A stretch of 64,000 nucleotides of DNA from positions 2,120-66,119 of IMG/VR virus record IMGVR_UViG_3300005805_000084, one strand, 5' to 3'. Origin of the DNA: a virus (taxonomy: Duplodnaviria; Caudoviricetes). Position numbers and translations under genes: made by a program. Below are positions 6,967-16,100 of the stretch, one piece after another (positions within the stretch are counted from its first letter, which is position 1; the number at the start of each line of letters is the position of its first letter). Below the pieces are notes generated by a model. It saw only the letters and a program-made list of their open reading frames with translations, searched no databases and had not been told where the DNA came from.

Positions 6967-8192
6967 AGAAGCATCCCATCATCGACAAGGCGTACGTCGC
7001 ACTCGTCTGCGACCATCCCTTCTGGTCCACGCTACTGCTCAACCTCGAGAAGGTTGTCGACACGTCAGCGACTATGTGGACCGATGGCAAGCGACTCGGG
7101 TACAACCCTGAGTTCTGCGAGAAGATCGGCAAGGAACAGACCATCGGCGTGCTCGCTCACGAGGCTGCCCATGTCTTCCTCAAGCACATGCTGCGGCGTG
7201 GCCAGCGCGATCCGTTCCTGTGGAACATCGCCTGTGACCATGTGGTCAACGCACTGGTACTCGACAGCGGACTCAAGCTGCCAGACGGTGCCGTTCCACC
7301 CATTCGTGGCAAGACCGCTGAGGAAGTCTACGATGGCCTGCTCCAGAAGCAGAAGCAACAGCAGCAGCAACCACAAGGCCAAGGCCAAGGCGAAGGCGGA
7401 GGCCAAAGAGTGCCTCGTCAAAGCCAGCAGCAGGGGCAGGAGCAAGGTGATCAGGAAATCCAAGGCGATCCTCCCAAGAGCGATCAGCAAGGCCAAGGCT
7501 GGGGCGAGGTGCGTGATCAGAAGGGTGAGAACGGTGGCGACCTGTCCGATGCCGAGAAGGGTCAGGCTGAGCGCGACATTGACATCATCATCAAGCAGTC
7601 CGACACCGCTGCCAAGCGTGAGGGCAAGCTGCCAGCGGGTATGGACAGGCTCATCGAGCAGGTGCTCGAACCCAAGATCGACTGGCGTGACGTGCTGCAG
7701 CGGTTCATCGGCGAGCGTGCTCGATCCGACTACTCGTGGCAGCGACCCAACCCACGCTACTTCAATCGTGGCATCGTGCTGCCCAGCCTCGACAGCTATG
7801 GCATCGGCAAGGTGGTGCTGGCTGGTGACACGTCCGGTTCCATGACCAGCGTCCTCCCGCGTGTCTTCTCCGAGATCATCTCCGCTCTGGACGTGTACGA
7901 GGAGCAGCACACCCAAGGCATCACCGTCATGTGGTGCGACACCAAGCTGACCGAGCAGGTGGTCAGCGACATCAGCGACCTCAAGCCTGTAGGCGGTGGC
8001 GGGACCGACTTCGCTCCTGTATTCCGAGCGGTCAACGCACGCCACAACGACGCCAAGGCGGTCGTCTACATCACCGACGGCGAGTGCAGTTCGTTCGGTG
8101 AAGAGCCCTCCTGCCCAGTCCTCTGGGTTCTCACCGAGCGGAACAGCTGCTTCAAGCCGCCCTTCGGCGAAGTCCTCGTGATCAACGAGTGA
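6963..8192 (+). CDS. Metallopeptidase + vWA protein (DUF2201-like)
   Basis: HEAAH, WNIACD, Q/G-rich linker, DTSGS MIDAS, GGGTDF, YITDG; GTG start overlapping upstream TGA. Confidence 0.85.
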   Translation: MKKHPIIDKAYVALVCDHPFWSTLLLNLEKVVDTSATMWTDGKRLGYNPEFCEKIGKEQTIGVLAHEAAHVFLKHMLRRGQRDPFLWNIACDHVVNALVLDSGLKLPDGAVPPIRGKTAEEVYDGLLQKQKQQQQQPQGQGQGEGGGQRVPRQSQQQGQEQGDQEIQGDPPKSDQQGQGWGEVRDQKGENGGDLSDAEKGQAERDIDIIIKQSDTAAKREGKLPAGMDRLIEQVLEPKIDWRDVLQRFIGERARSDYSWQRPNPRYFNRGIVLPSLDSYGIGKVVLAGDTSGSMTSVLPRVFSEIISALDVYEEQHTQGITVMWCDTKLTEQVVSDISDLKPVGGGGTDFAPVFRAVNARHNDAKAVVYITDGECSSFGEEPSCPVLWVLTERNSCFKPPFGEVLVINE

Positions 8193-8285
8193 CCACACAC
8201 ACGATCCATCAGTGCGATGCGCTGGTGGGTCGCAGTGTGGCCATGCGCCACTGTTCAACAACAACACCAAACACACACAAGCAAC

Positions 8286-9131
8286 ATGCAACACGAGAAG
8301 TACCTGCTGGTATCGTTCCGCACCTCCAAGTGGTCGGCCCGTAAGTTCGACGCCAAGGCCACCGAGGAGGTCGCTGCCAACCACAACGCGACTGGTGACA
8401 TCGGTCGCTTCAACAAGCTGCTGCTCAACAAGAGCGACATCAACCCCGTCAACGCCGCCTTCGCTGCCGCACGTCGCCAGCACGACGGGCTGACCCTGCC
8501 TTGGGACGATGACGGTGACCGCCTCCTGCCGTCCGCCCGACTCATGGACTACCGCGCCAAGATGCAGCCGCATCTCACCGAGGTGGACCTGCGTGTGGCC
8601 GACCTGCTCAGCCGCTATCAGGATCTCATCGACACCCGCCGCGTGGAACTCAACGGCCTGTTCGATCCCGCCGACTACCCCAGCGAGCAGCAGATCCGCG
8701 AGAAGTTCGCACACAAGATCGAGATCAAGCCGGTGCCTGCCAGCGAGGCGATCCGATTCGGTGATCCCAACATCGAGCGTGACCTGCGTGAGCAGTACGA
8801 GGAGATGCTCAAGGAGCGCGTCGAGGATGCACAGAGGGAGGTGTGGTACCGCCTGATCGAGCCGATCAAGCGCATGGTGGACATCCTCACCCGTGACGGC
8901 CGCGTCTACGAGTCAACCCACAAGGCCATCCTCGACATCGCCCGTCTGGTTCCGCAGTACAACATCAATGGCGATCCCAAGCTGGACAAGGCTGCCAGCG
9001 ACATCTACGCGCTGATGTCCAAGGTCAACGTCGACATCCTCCGCGACAGCGAGGCGATCCGAACCATCACCGCCGAGGCTGCCGGAGACATCCTTGCTAG
9101 GATGGATTCCAAGTATGCCGGAGCGTTCTGA
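8286..9131 (+). CDS. DUF3150-like protein
   Basis: W.ARK.D...FNKLLL, TLPW, LF...DYP pattern; usual neighbour of the AAA/vWA pair. Confidence 0.65.
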   Translation: MQHEKYLLVSFRTSKWSARKFDAKATEEVAANHNATGDIGRFNKLLLNKSDINPVNAAFAAARRQHDGLTLPWDDDGDRLLPSARLMDYRAKMQPHLTEVDLRVADLLSRYQDLIDTRRVELNGLFDPADYPSEQQIREKFAHKIEIKPVPASEAIRFGDPNIERDLREQYEEMLKERVEDAQREVWYRLIEPIKRMVDILTRDGRVYESTHKAILDIARLVPQYNINGDPKLDKAASDIYALMSKVNVDILRDSEAIRTITAEAAGDILARMDSKYAGAF

Positions 9132-9134
9132 ACC

Positions 9135-9236
9135 ATGACACCAGAGCTGAACCACCAACTCACCATCACCATCTACACCATACTGGCGATCATCGCCTGC
9201 ATCATATGGATACTCAACAACCACAGACCAAGATAG
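9135..9236 (+). CDS. 33-aa single-TM peptide
   Basis: ITIYTILAIIACIIWIL hydrophobic helix; not in ORF track. Confidence 0.5.
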   Translation: MTPELNHQLTITIYTILAIIACIIWILNNHRPR

Positions 9237-9934
9237 ACTGGGAGCGATTCCACATCACCAAGATCGCGAGGTTCAATGGCTGCAAGGCCGCCTCTCCATC
9301 TGGCGTGGCCCGCTTCATCAACAAGCGCAGGAACGCAATGGTCCTAGCTCGGATGCTCAATCGTCCATCAGCGCACAAGCTGACGCCGCTTCCAGAGGAA
9401 AGCAGGTTGAGCATGCTAAGCGAATCGGCGCGGCTGATATTTATTTCACGCGACCGACGATACGTCTCACACGCGCTCTTCGACTCACGACTGGAGTCCG
9501 CAGCGAAGAAGGACTACCTGATCCGCAATCCAAGGAAGCGGGTGGTCCATAACGTCGAATGCACGATAGATCGCCACAGACACTTCATTAGCGGAACCAC
9601 CAGAGAGCTGAATGGGAAGTGGGCGAAGGATGTAAACTGGGTCTGCTACCACAGCAGGGTCGACATCTTCAATTCGGGTCGCGCCATCCACATCGAATGC
9701 ACCGGCAGAGGGAAGCCGCCAAAGCGGTTGGTGCTGAAGCGTGCGGGCTTCGTGTTCAAGAAGCCGTACTCAGCGACAGGTGGATACAGGCTCTCGTTCG
9801 TCGAGCTGCACAAGGTCGATGCCCATCCCAAGGACGGCCTGATCGCAAGGCTTCAAGCCGACCACCTGTGGGATGACGACGCCCAGAAGAACATCGACAG
9901 GCTCTGCGCTGATGCGATCGGAGGTGCGGCATGA
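9206..9934 (+). CDS. Hypothetical basic protein
   Basis: 242-aa ORF. Confidence 0.7.
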   Translation: MDTQQPQTKIDWERFHITKIARFNGCKAASPSGVARFINKRRNAMVLARMLNRPSAHKLTPLPEESRLSMLSESARLIFISRDRRYVSHALFDSRLESAAKKDYLIRNPRKRVVHNVECTIDRHRHFISGTTRELNGKWAKDVNWVCYHSRVDIFNSGRAIHIECTGRGKPPKRLVLKRAGFVFKKPYSATGGYRLSFVELHKVDAHPKDGLIARLQADHLWDDDAQKNIDRLCADAIGGAA

Positions 9935-10266
9935 GAACAGCGGACAAGGACGTAGAGGACTACGCATACAACACGGCATGCATTGCGCTCATGCTGGCTG
10001 AGAGACTCGCCAAGGATCGCACCGTTGTGGTTGGCGTTGAATGGATCGGGTATGCCGCACTGGGCATGGCCGATGCCGAACGCATCTCCAGCGAAGGCCT
10101 TGGCCTGCTGAAGCTGGACTACGACAAGGTTCTGGATGAGGTGGTGGAGCTGATCAGGAAGTCAGCGCTTCAGCCAATCTCATCGTGGGACCTGAGAAGG
10201 AAGACCTACGAGATCACCATCAGCGCAGCGTGCAGGAAGAAGATCACAGCCAACACACAACCATGA
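9931..10266 (+). CDS. Hypothetical protein, paralog of 10263-10586
   Basis: EDY......A..LA.R...AALGMADAE shared. Confidence 0.7.
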   Translation: MRTADKDVEDYAYNTACIALMLAERLAKDRTVVVGVEWIGYAALGMADAERISSEGLGLLKLDYDKVLDEVVELIRKSALQPISSWDLRRKTYEITISAACRKKITANTQP

Positions 10267-10586
10267 AGACACACACAGAAGACTACATTCACGACGCGTG
10301 TTTCAACGCAGCGCAGCTTGCGTCACGTGTCGATCAAAGAGCCGGATCGGTACAAGCTTCCGAGGCGATCGCAAGGGCGGCCTTGGGAATGGCAGATGCC
10401 GAGTACACAGACGGATTCAAATGGGGAGAGCGAGCATCATTCGACGACGTTGCTGACAGCGTTGCGGAACAGGTCGCGAACCATTTGAGACAACATGATA
10501 GAACAGAGTCCATCTTTGGCCTAAGGATGAACGCTTACAACACAACCATGGCAGCAGCCGCATTCGGTGTGCTGCACAAGGATTGA
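10263..10586 (+). CDS. Hypothetical protein, paralog of 9931-10266
   Basis: ATG at 10263 overlaps upstream stop. Confidence 0.7.
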   Translation: MKTHTEDYIHDACFNAAQLASRVDQRAGSVQASEAIARAALGMADAEYTDGFKWGERASFDDVADSVAEQVANHLRQHDRTESIFGLRMNAYNTTMAAAAFGVLHKD

Positions 10587-10599
10587 CTTGCAGCACCAA

Positions 10600-10614
10600 T
10601 GGTGTAAAACACCT
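10600..10614. promoter_or_regulatory. Palindromic operator (site 3) over putative -10, with TTGACT -35 upstream
   Basis: ttgact tgcagcaccaatggtg taaaac acct. Confidence 0.8.
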
Positions 10615-10634
10615 CACACACAACCAACAGCACT

Positions 10635-10907
10635 ATGCTATCACCGAAGACACAGCAGGAGGTCAGCGAATGCGTGCGGGAGAAGATGACCAGCAACTTC
10701 GCGGACATGAAGATCCGCATCGAGCCGATGCGCGAGGCGCTCAGGAAGTTCGAGCAGTCGGTCAACGATCGCTCACTGGACGGCATGCATCACAGCTTGG
10801 CCGATCTCTCAAACACATCACTCAACTGCAGGGCTAGGCTCCAGTACATGCGTGGCATCTGGGCCGTCCTCAGAAACGTACGTGACAAGGACCCCATCGA
10901 TGAATGA
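10635..10907 (+). CDS. Hypothetical helical protein
   Basis: 90-aa ORF after operator. Confidence 0.7.
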   Translation: MLSPKTQQEVSECVREKMTSNFADMKIRIEPMREALRKFEQSVNDRSLDGMHHSLADLSNTSLNCRARLQYMRGIWAVLRNVRDKDPIDE

Positions 10908-12174
10908 AGGAGCTTTTCATGCGGCTGTGGGACATCGCGTTGATCTTGCTAGAGATCGCAATCACGCTGCTCACTCTGAGCCTCTTCTCGATCTTCCAGT
11001 GACTCCGATTGCAGGCAGATTCAAACCTGCATCCATCCCGTTTAACTCGGAGCAGCTGGCATCGCTGCTGCCGAAGTACTACGAGATGGACTTCGTCGGT
11101 CTCACCTACAACACCATCGCGTTCAACAAGGAGGCGCTCAACCAGTTCCTCAAGTGGATGCGGAAGGGTGGCTACGAGTCGGTCACAGTCGAGATGCTGC
11201 ATGAGTACATCAAGTTCATGCAGGACCGGCACACCACGATGATGGCAACCAACAGGTGGGGTCGCGTGAAGCGGTTCTTCCTGTGGATGGAGCGGCTTGG
11301 ATACATCGAGCGCAGTCCACATCACGTGGTCAGGAACAGGGTGACTGAGAACATCTCAAGTCACGTGCGACCGATGACTCTGGAGGAATACCTGAAGCTC
11401 AAGCAGGTCTCCGAAGGTCACTGGCTCAACTGGATCTACACGCTGGCTTGGAACAGTGGCATGGCCCTAGTCGACTGCTGCGCGCTGCGCTGGGGAGACA
11501 TCAATATGGACCAGTGCTACATCAGCGTTCGCCGCAAGAAGAGCAAGGCCGCTGCGGTCATTCCATTCTCGCCATCAGACGAGCTTGGGAAGGCGATCGA
11601 GGCTATGGCTCAGGTGAAGCACGATCCGGATGACTTCGTGTGCCCAGAGGCTGGCGGCAGGCTGAGGGATGACACCAGAACCGGCCTGATCAGGAGGCTG
11701 TCACTGAACATGTTCCGCAAGGCGGGCCTGTCCAAGGGCGTGTCGATCCACTCGATGCGCCGCTCCTTCATCACGATGTTGGCCAACTCCAACATGAACA
11801 CAGTGATGGCATCGAAGATCAGCGGACACACCAGCCCGAAGATACTGGCTAGGTATGTGTTCCCAGACCCGAACGTCCTGAGAAAGGGCGTTGCTGAGGC
11901 CAAGGAGAAGTTCGGAATGGACAACTTCGCATACGTGGAGCCGTCCAATGTCCGAGTGAAGGGAAGATCCATAGCTTGGAAGCCCAACAGCCACTACATT
12001 GTGAAGAGCGGCAAGGGGCTGAAGCTTCCTGATGGAACACCCATCACATTTGTTTTCACCTCCGCAGTAGCGGAAGGTAGAAAGGCGGTCGTCACACCCT
12101 GTGACATCGAGATGAACCCTGTGGGAAACCTGCAGATCATCGCCGACATCACAGACGTGAGGCCGTTCGTTTAG
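10900..12174 (+). CDS. XerC/D-like tyrosine recombinase, first catalytic Arg absent, extra C-terminal domain
   Basis: SAM-like core-binding region, NSGMALVDCCALRW, IHSMRR, SGHTSPKILARY; start uncertain. Confidence 0.8.
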   Translation: MNEGAFHAAVGHRVDLARDRNHAAHSEPLLDLPVTPIAGRFKPASIPFNSEQLASLLPKYYEMDFVGLTYNTIAFNKEALNQFLKWMRKGGYESVTVEMLHEYIKFMQDRHTTMMATNRWGRVKRFFLWMERLGYIERSPHHVVRNRVTENISSHVRPMTLEEYLKLKQVSEGHWLNWIYTLAWNSGMALVDCCALRWGDINMDQCYISVRRKKSKAAAVIPFSPSDELGKAIEAMAQVKHDPDDFVCPEAGGRLRDDTRTGLIRRLSLNMFRKAGLSKGVSIHSMRRSFITMLANSNMNTVMASKISGHTSPKILARYVFPDPNVLRKGVAEAKEKFGMDNFAYVEPSNVRVKGRSIAWKPNSHYIVKSGKGLKLPDGTPITFVFTSAVAEGRKAVVTPCDIEMNPVGNLQIIADITDVRPFV

Positions 12175-12209
12175 AACCAAGAACCAATAACCAAAACCAA
12201 GAACTAACA

Positions 12210-12629
12210 ATGGCATCGTTCAATCAAGTCACACTGGTCGGAAACATGGTTCGTGATCCCGAGATTCGTTCACTCCAGAACGGAACCCAGATCGCGAAGT
12301 TCACGATCGGTGTCACGCGCAAGTGGCAGACCGAGAACGGAGAGAAGAAGGAGGAGGCGACGTTCATCGACATCGATACCTTCGGTAAGGTGGCCTCTGT
12401 CGTTGAGAAGTTCCTCCGCAAGGGTGATCCGGTCCTCGTGGAGGGCCGCCTCAAGATGGAGCAGTGGGAGAAGGATGGGCAGAAGCGCAGCAAGCTCATC
12501 GTTGTTGCCAACAGCCTGCAGCTGCTAGGCAAACCCGTGGACACTGGCGCTCGCCAGCCCATCCAAGGCAGCAGCCCAGCCGCAGCTCCGGCCCCGCAGC
12601 CGGTGGCTCAGGATGATGTTCCGTTCTGA
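12210..12629 (+). CDS. ssb: Single-stranded DNA-binding protein
   Basis: FNQVTLVGNMVRDPEIR, KGDPVLVEGRL, DDVPF tail. Confidence 0.97.
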   Translation: MASFNQVTLVGNMVRDPEIRSLQNGTQIAKFTIGVTRKWQTENGEKKEEATFIDIDTFGKVASVVEKFLRKGDPVLVEGRLKMEQWEKDGQKRSKLIVVANSLQLLGKPVDTGARQPIQGSSPAAAPAPQPVAQDDVPF

Positions 12630-12652
12630 ACGGAATTGACACGCACCATGCT

Positions 12653-12667
12653 CGGTGTTAAACACCT
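12653..12667. promoter_or_regulatory. Palindromic operator (site 4) with TTGACA -35 upstream
   Basis: ttgaca cgcaccatgctcggtgt taaaca cct. Confidence 0.8.
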
Positions 12668-12766
12668 CACGACCAATCGGGAGATTGGGAAGTGAACGCA
12701 GTGGTGAGTCTCGTCCGACCGTTTCGGATGGGTGACAGTCGGGAATAGACCGACACCTCTTTCCTC

Positions 12767-13162
12767 TTGAAGGACTTCATCGGAGAAACGCTCGCGGCAT
12801 TCCCACCGAATCTGATCCGAGTTCTGGCACGAACCGGAAGGGGAGCCGCAGCGAGGAACATGACCCACGACGAGGTGGCTCAGCGTTCCGGCCTCAAGAG
12901 ATCCAAGATCCGCAAGTTGTCCGCGCTTCAGTCATGGGACACGGTCGCCATAGCTGATGCGGACGCCTTCCTGAAGGGCTGCAACGTGACGCTCAGATCC
13001 CTATGGAAGCAGCGGGCATTCCTAAGGCGTAGCCTCGACCCAAGGGTGACATCAACCCCGCTGGCCTACGCCGTGCGCGGGAAGCGGGTCCCAAGGCCGC
13101 CATCTGCAGAGGCTTTGGTGCGCGCAGCTTTGAGCCGCTCCTCCCGCCGCGTGTCAGCCTGA
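12767..13162 (+). CDS. XRE-like HTH protein
   Basis: MTHDEVAQRSGLKRSKIRKL; start uncertain (TTG). Confidence 0.55.
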   Translation: MKDFIGETLAAFPPNLIRVLARTGRGAAARNMTHDEVAQRSGLKRSKIRKLSALQSWDTVAIADADAFLKGCNVTLRSLWKQRAFLRRSLDPRVTSTPLAYAVRGKRVPRPPSAEALVRAALSRSSRRVSA

Positions 13163-16100
13163 GCTTCATCGGCCTGAGCTTGCGCAGCTTGGTACGGATC
13201 GTTCGGATCGCCTTGGGCTTGCGGGTGAGAGCCCTGATCCGACGCATGGCGGTCATTCCACCGCCTCCATCCCGCTCCGCCTTAGGCTTGATGCCGTCGA
13301 CCAGCTTCTGAATCGCAACGTCACCGCGATCAAAGACAGCCCGCTGCTCTGGGCTCATGCGCGAGCGCAGTCCAATCTTCTCGTCCGAAGACAGCATGCG
13401 ACCGAACGCCTTCTGCTCTGGGAACTGGGACTTCAGCGACGCCTTTACCGCAGACCAAGGATCGGCCACGCCGGTGGCAGCCTTCACTTCCGCAGCCTTG
13501 TTCAGCAGCTGCTGAGCACCAGCATTGTCGCCTGCCGCACTGGCAGCGACCGCACGCCGTATCAGAGAGCTGAACTGGGTCGGCTCCATTCCGGCACCGC
13601 CGCCACTGGTCTTGAGTTCTAGGCTTCCCGCATTCCTAGAGGCAACGCGAACCGCATCTGAAACCGCATCGCGAGCAGCAACAGAAGGGATCCGATTGAG
13701 CGCTGGGCTGAGCACCGGAAGCGTTCCACGCACAGCAGATAGCACCGCTCCAGCGTAGTCTCCAGTGGCGGTTGCGTACTTGAGTGATCTCGAAAGCGTC
13801 GAGATTGCACCAAGCTGCGGGCTGAGCTTTGTCAGGTCAGTGAGGTCGGCTCGGTTCTTCTGAGCACCAACCAGACCTGCAGCAATCTCTCCCCAGTAGG
13901 GGACCATTCCGGCAATCGCAACAGCACCAAGCTTGGATATGTTCTTTGATGACGGATCTGAGATGACGTCCCTGAATGTGGTCTGCGAATACGGCCTTCC
14001 AGTAATGATGCCATAGGCAACACCCTTCGCCTCGTTCGCTGGGATTCCAGCCAGCATCAACAGCAGGAGCAGCGCAACGAGTGCTGCGAGTTGAATTGCA
14101 CCAGCAATGACCTTGTCCTTGCGATCTGTGCTGATTGAGGAAATGCCCTCAAGGGTTCCAAGCCAGTTCCCCATCCAGCCAGGGAATCCGATGAGGAACC
14201 GTATCGCCCTTCCGAATCCGCCACGTGTCTTGATGATGTCGGCTCGAGCGGAATCAATGGGAAGGTTGGAAGCTGCCAGACCACGCATCAACACATCTGC
14301 TTCGGCATTCTGATCAGCGATAAGCGGAACCGAGTAGATGTCCTGACCGGATTTGCGGGCCGCTTCGACACGCTTGTGGTAGTCAGCCATCAGGAACTCA
14401 ATGCTTCCAGCAGGAACCAGCATGTCCTTCAGCATGATCAGCTGCTCAGGCGTCCAGCCAGCGTTCTCAAAAGCTTCCTGAGGAGTGATGACATTGTCTG
14501 GGTTGGCCCAGTTGTCCCAGCCAGGGTTGCCTGACTTGGAACGAATCTGCATCAGGCGCTCACCGGCCATGAACATCACAGCCAGATGCTTCTGCAGTGT
14601 CCTCGTGATCTCGGTGTTGGCGAGCTCGTCAGCCTTGGGCTGCATGCTCATCATAAACTCCCGCAGAGAGGCTACCGCTCGATTGGAGAACATCTTGTCG
14701 ATCGCCCTAGACGAGGCGGATTCGACATCTCCAGGCTGACGAACCACGTTGCCGTAGGTTCCCATCTCGGAGATCAGCTTGGCGCTTTCAAATGGGCTGA
14801 CGGTTTCAGGTTCCCATCCACCAAGCTTGGCAATCTGAGCAACACGAGCGTATTCGTCGGAGACCCTGATGAACCTCTCAGCAAAGACACCGAATGCCCT
14901 TCGGTTCTTGCGCATGATTGCAGACAGGGTCGGGTTGGTCGCGATCGCCCTCTCGACAAGACGCAGCACAGGCTTTGTACCAGCAGTCAGGAGCGCGCTC
15001 GCCATCGCCCTAGGATAAGACTTGAAAGACAGGCCTCGAGTCATCGACCTAGCCACAACATCTCCACCAGCTACGCCGAACAGATAGTTCGTGATCGGAA
15101 CCATCGGCGTGGTGAGCAGGAGGATCTTCTGGGCAAGACCGACTTGGCCTAGAAGGCCGCTGTCGTCGTGGACATTGATGCCCTGAACCCGCTGCGTGAA
15201 AGTGTCGCGAAGGGTTTGGACTAGGCTCAGCAGCGTCTCTGCCTTGGATCGATCGATGTAGAACTTGCCGCTCTTGATGTCTGCCTTGAGCGAATCCGGA
15301 TCGGTCCTCATCCGCTCGCCCATGTTGACGATGTACTGCTTCAGAGCGGACTCAACGTCCATCATCTGACGAGCGATCTGAATCAGGGAAGGAATCTGTG
15401 CGGCAACCAGAAGTCCGTTGATCTCTGCGTCAGTGGACAGCGTGTACGAATAGAACACCCCAGGTGCCACCATCTTGCCACGAGGCTTGGTGAACTGGTT
15501 CAGCCCATCCACAACGCTGACGATTGCGGTTTGGGATTTATCGTTTCCACCGCTGATGGAACCGTTCGAGCTCTCTTCGACGTATTTGCGAGCTTCCTGC
15601 TGGCTGACGAGCTTCTCTTGGTCGATCGCGATCGAGAACTTGCGGACCTCATCGAGCAAGCTGCGCTTGATATCGGACTCTATGTCGGACATCGACGCAG
15701 CTGCAGGACTCATGTCGGCGATCTGACTGACAAGCTCGTCGGTCGTGGTCGGTAGCGAAGATGGGTTCTTTCGCCACCGTATCGCCAGCTGCTCGTAGAT
15801 CTTAGCGTAGTTACTGGTGTTCTCGAAGTCGCTATTGGTCTCAGCAACGTACCGCCTCAGGACCTTGTTGAACGCAGTTGGATCATCGAAGATGGCCTCG
15901 ATAGCCTTCAGCTGAGCGTCCTCATCCTTGATGCTGTTGACCGCGTCTAGGACCTTCTGAACGTAGAAGCTCGGCGATCCGGCGTAGATCTCCTTAAGTA
16001 ATCTGCGAGGGGTTGTGGCAGCTCCTGCGGCAAACGCTCTCCGGAGTCGATTGCCTTCCCTGATGAGCGTCGGGAAGTACTTGACGACTCCGCCAACAAA

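Noticed and set aside
7065-8714. Long antisense ORFs (also 5986-6951, 34516-36531, 39970-41025)
   Set aside because: Shadow frames opposite strongly C-ending real genes
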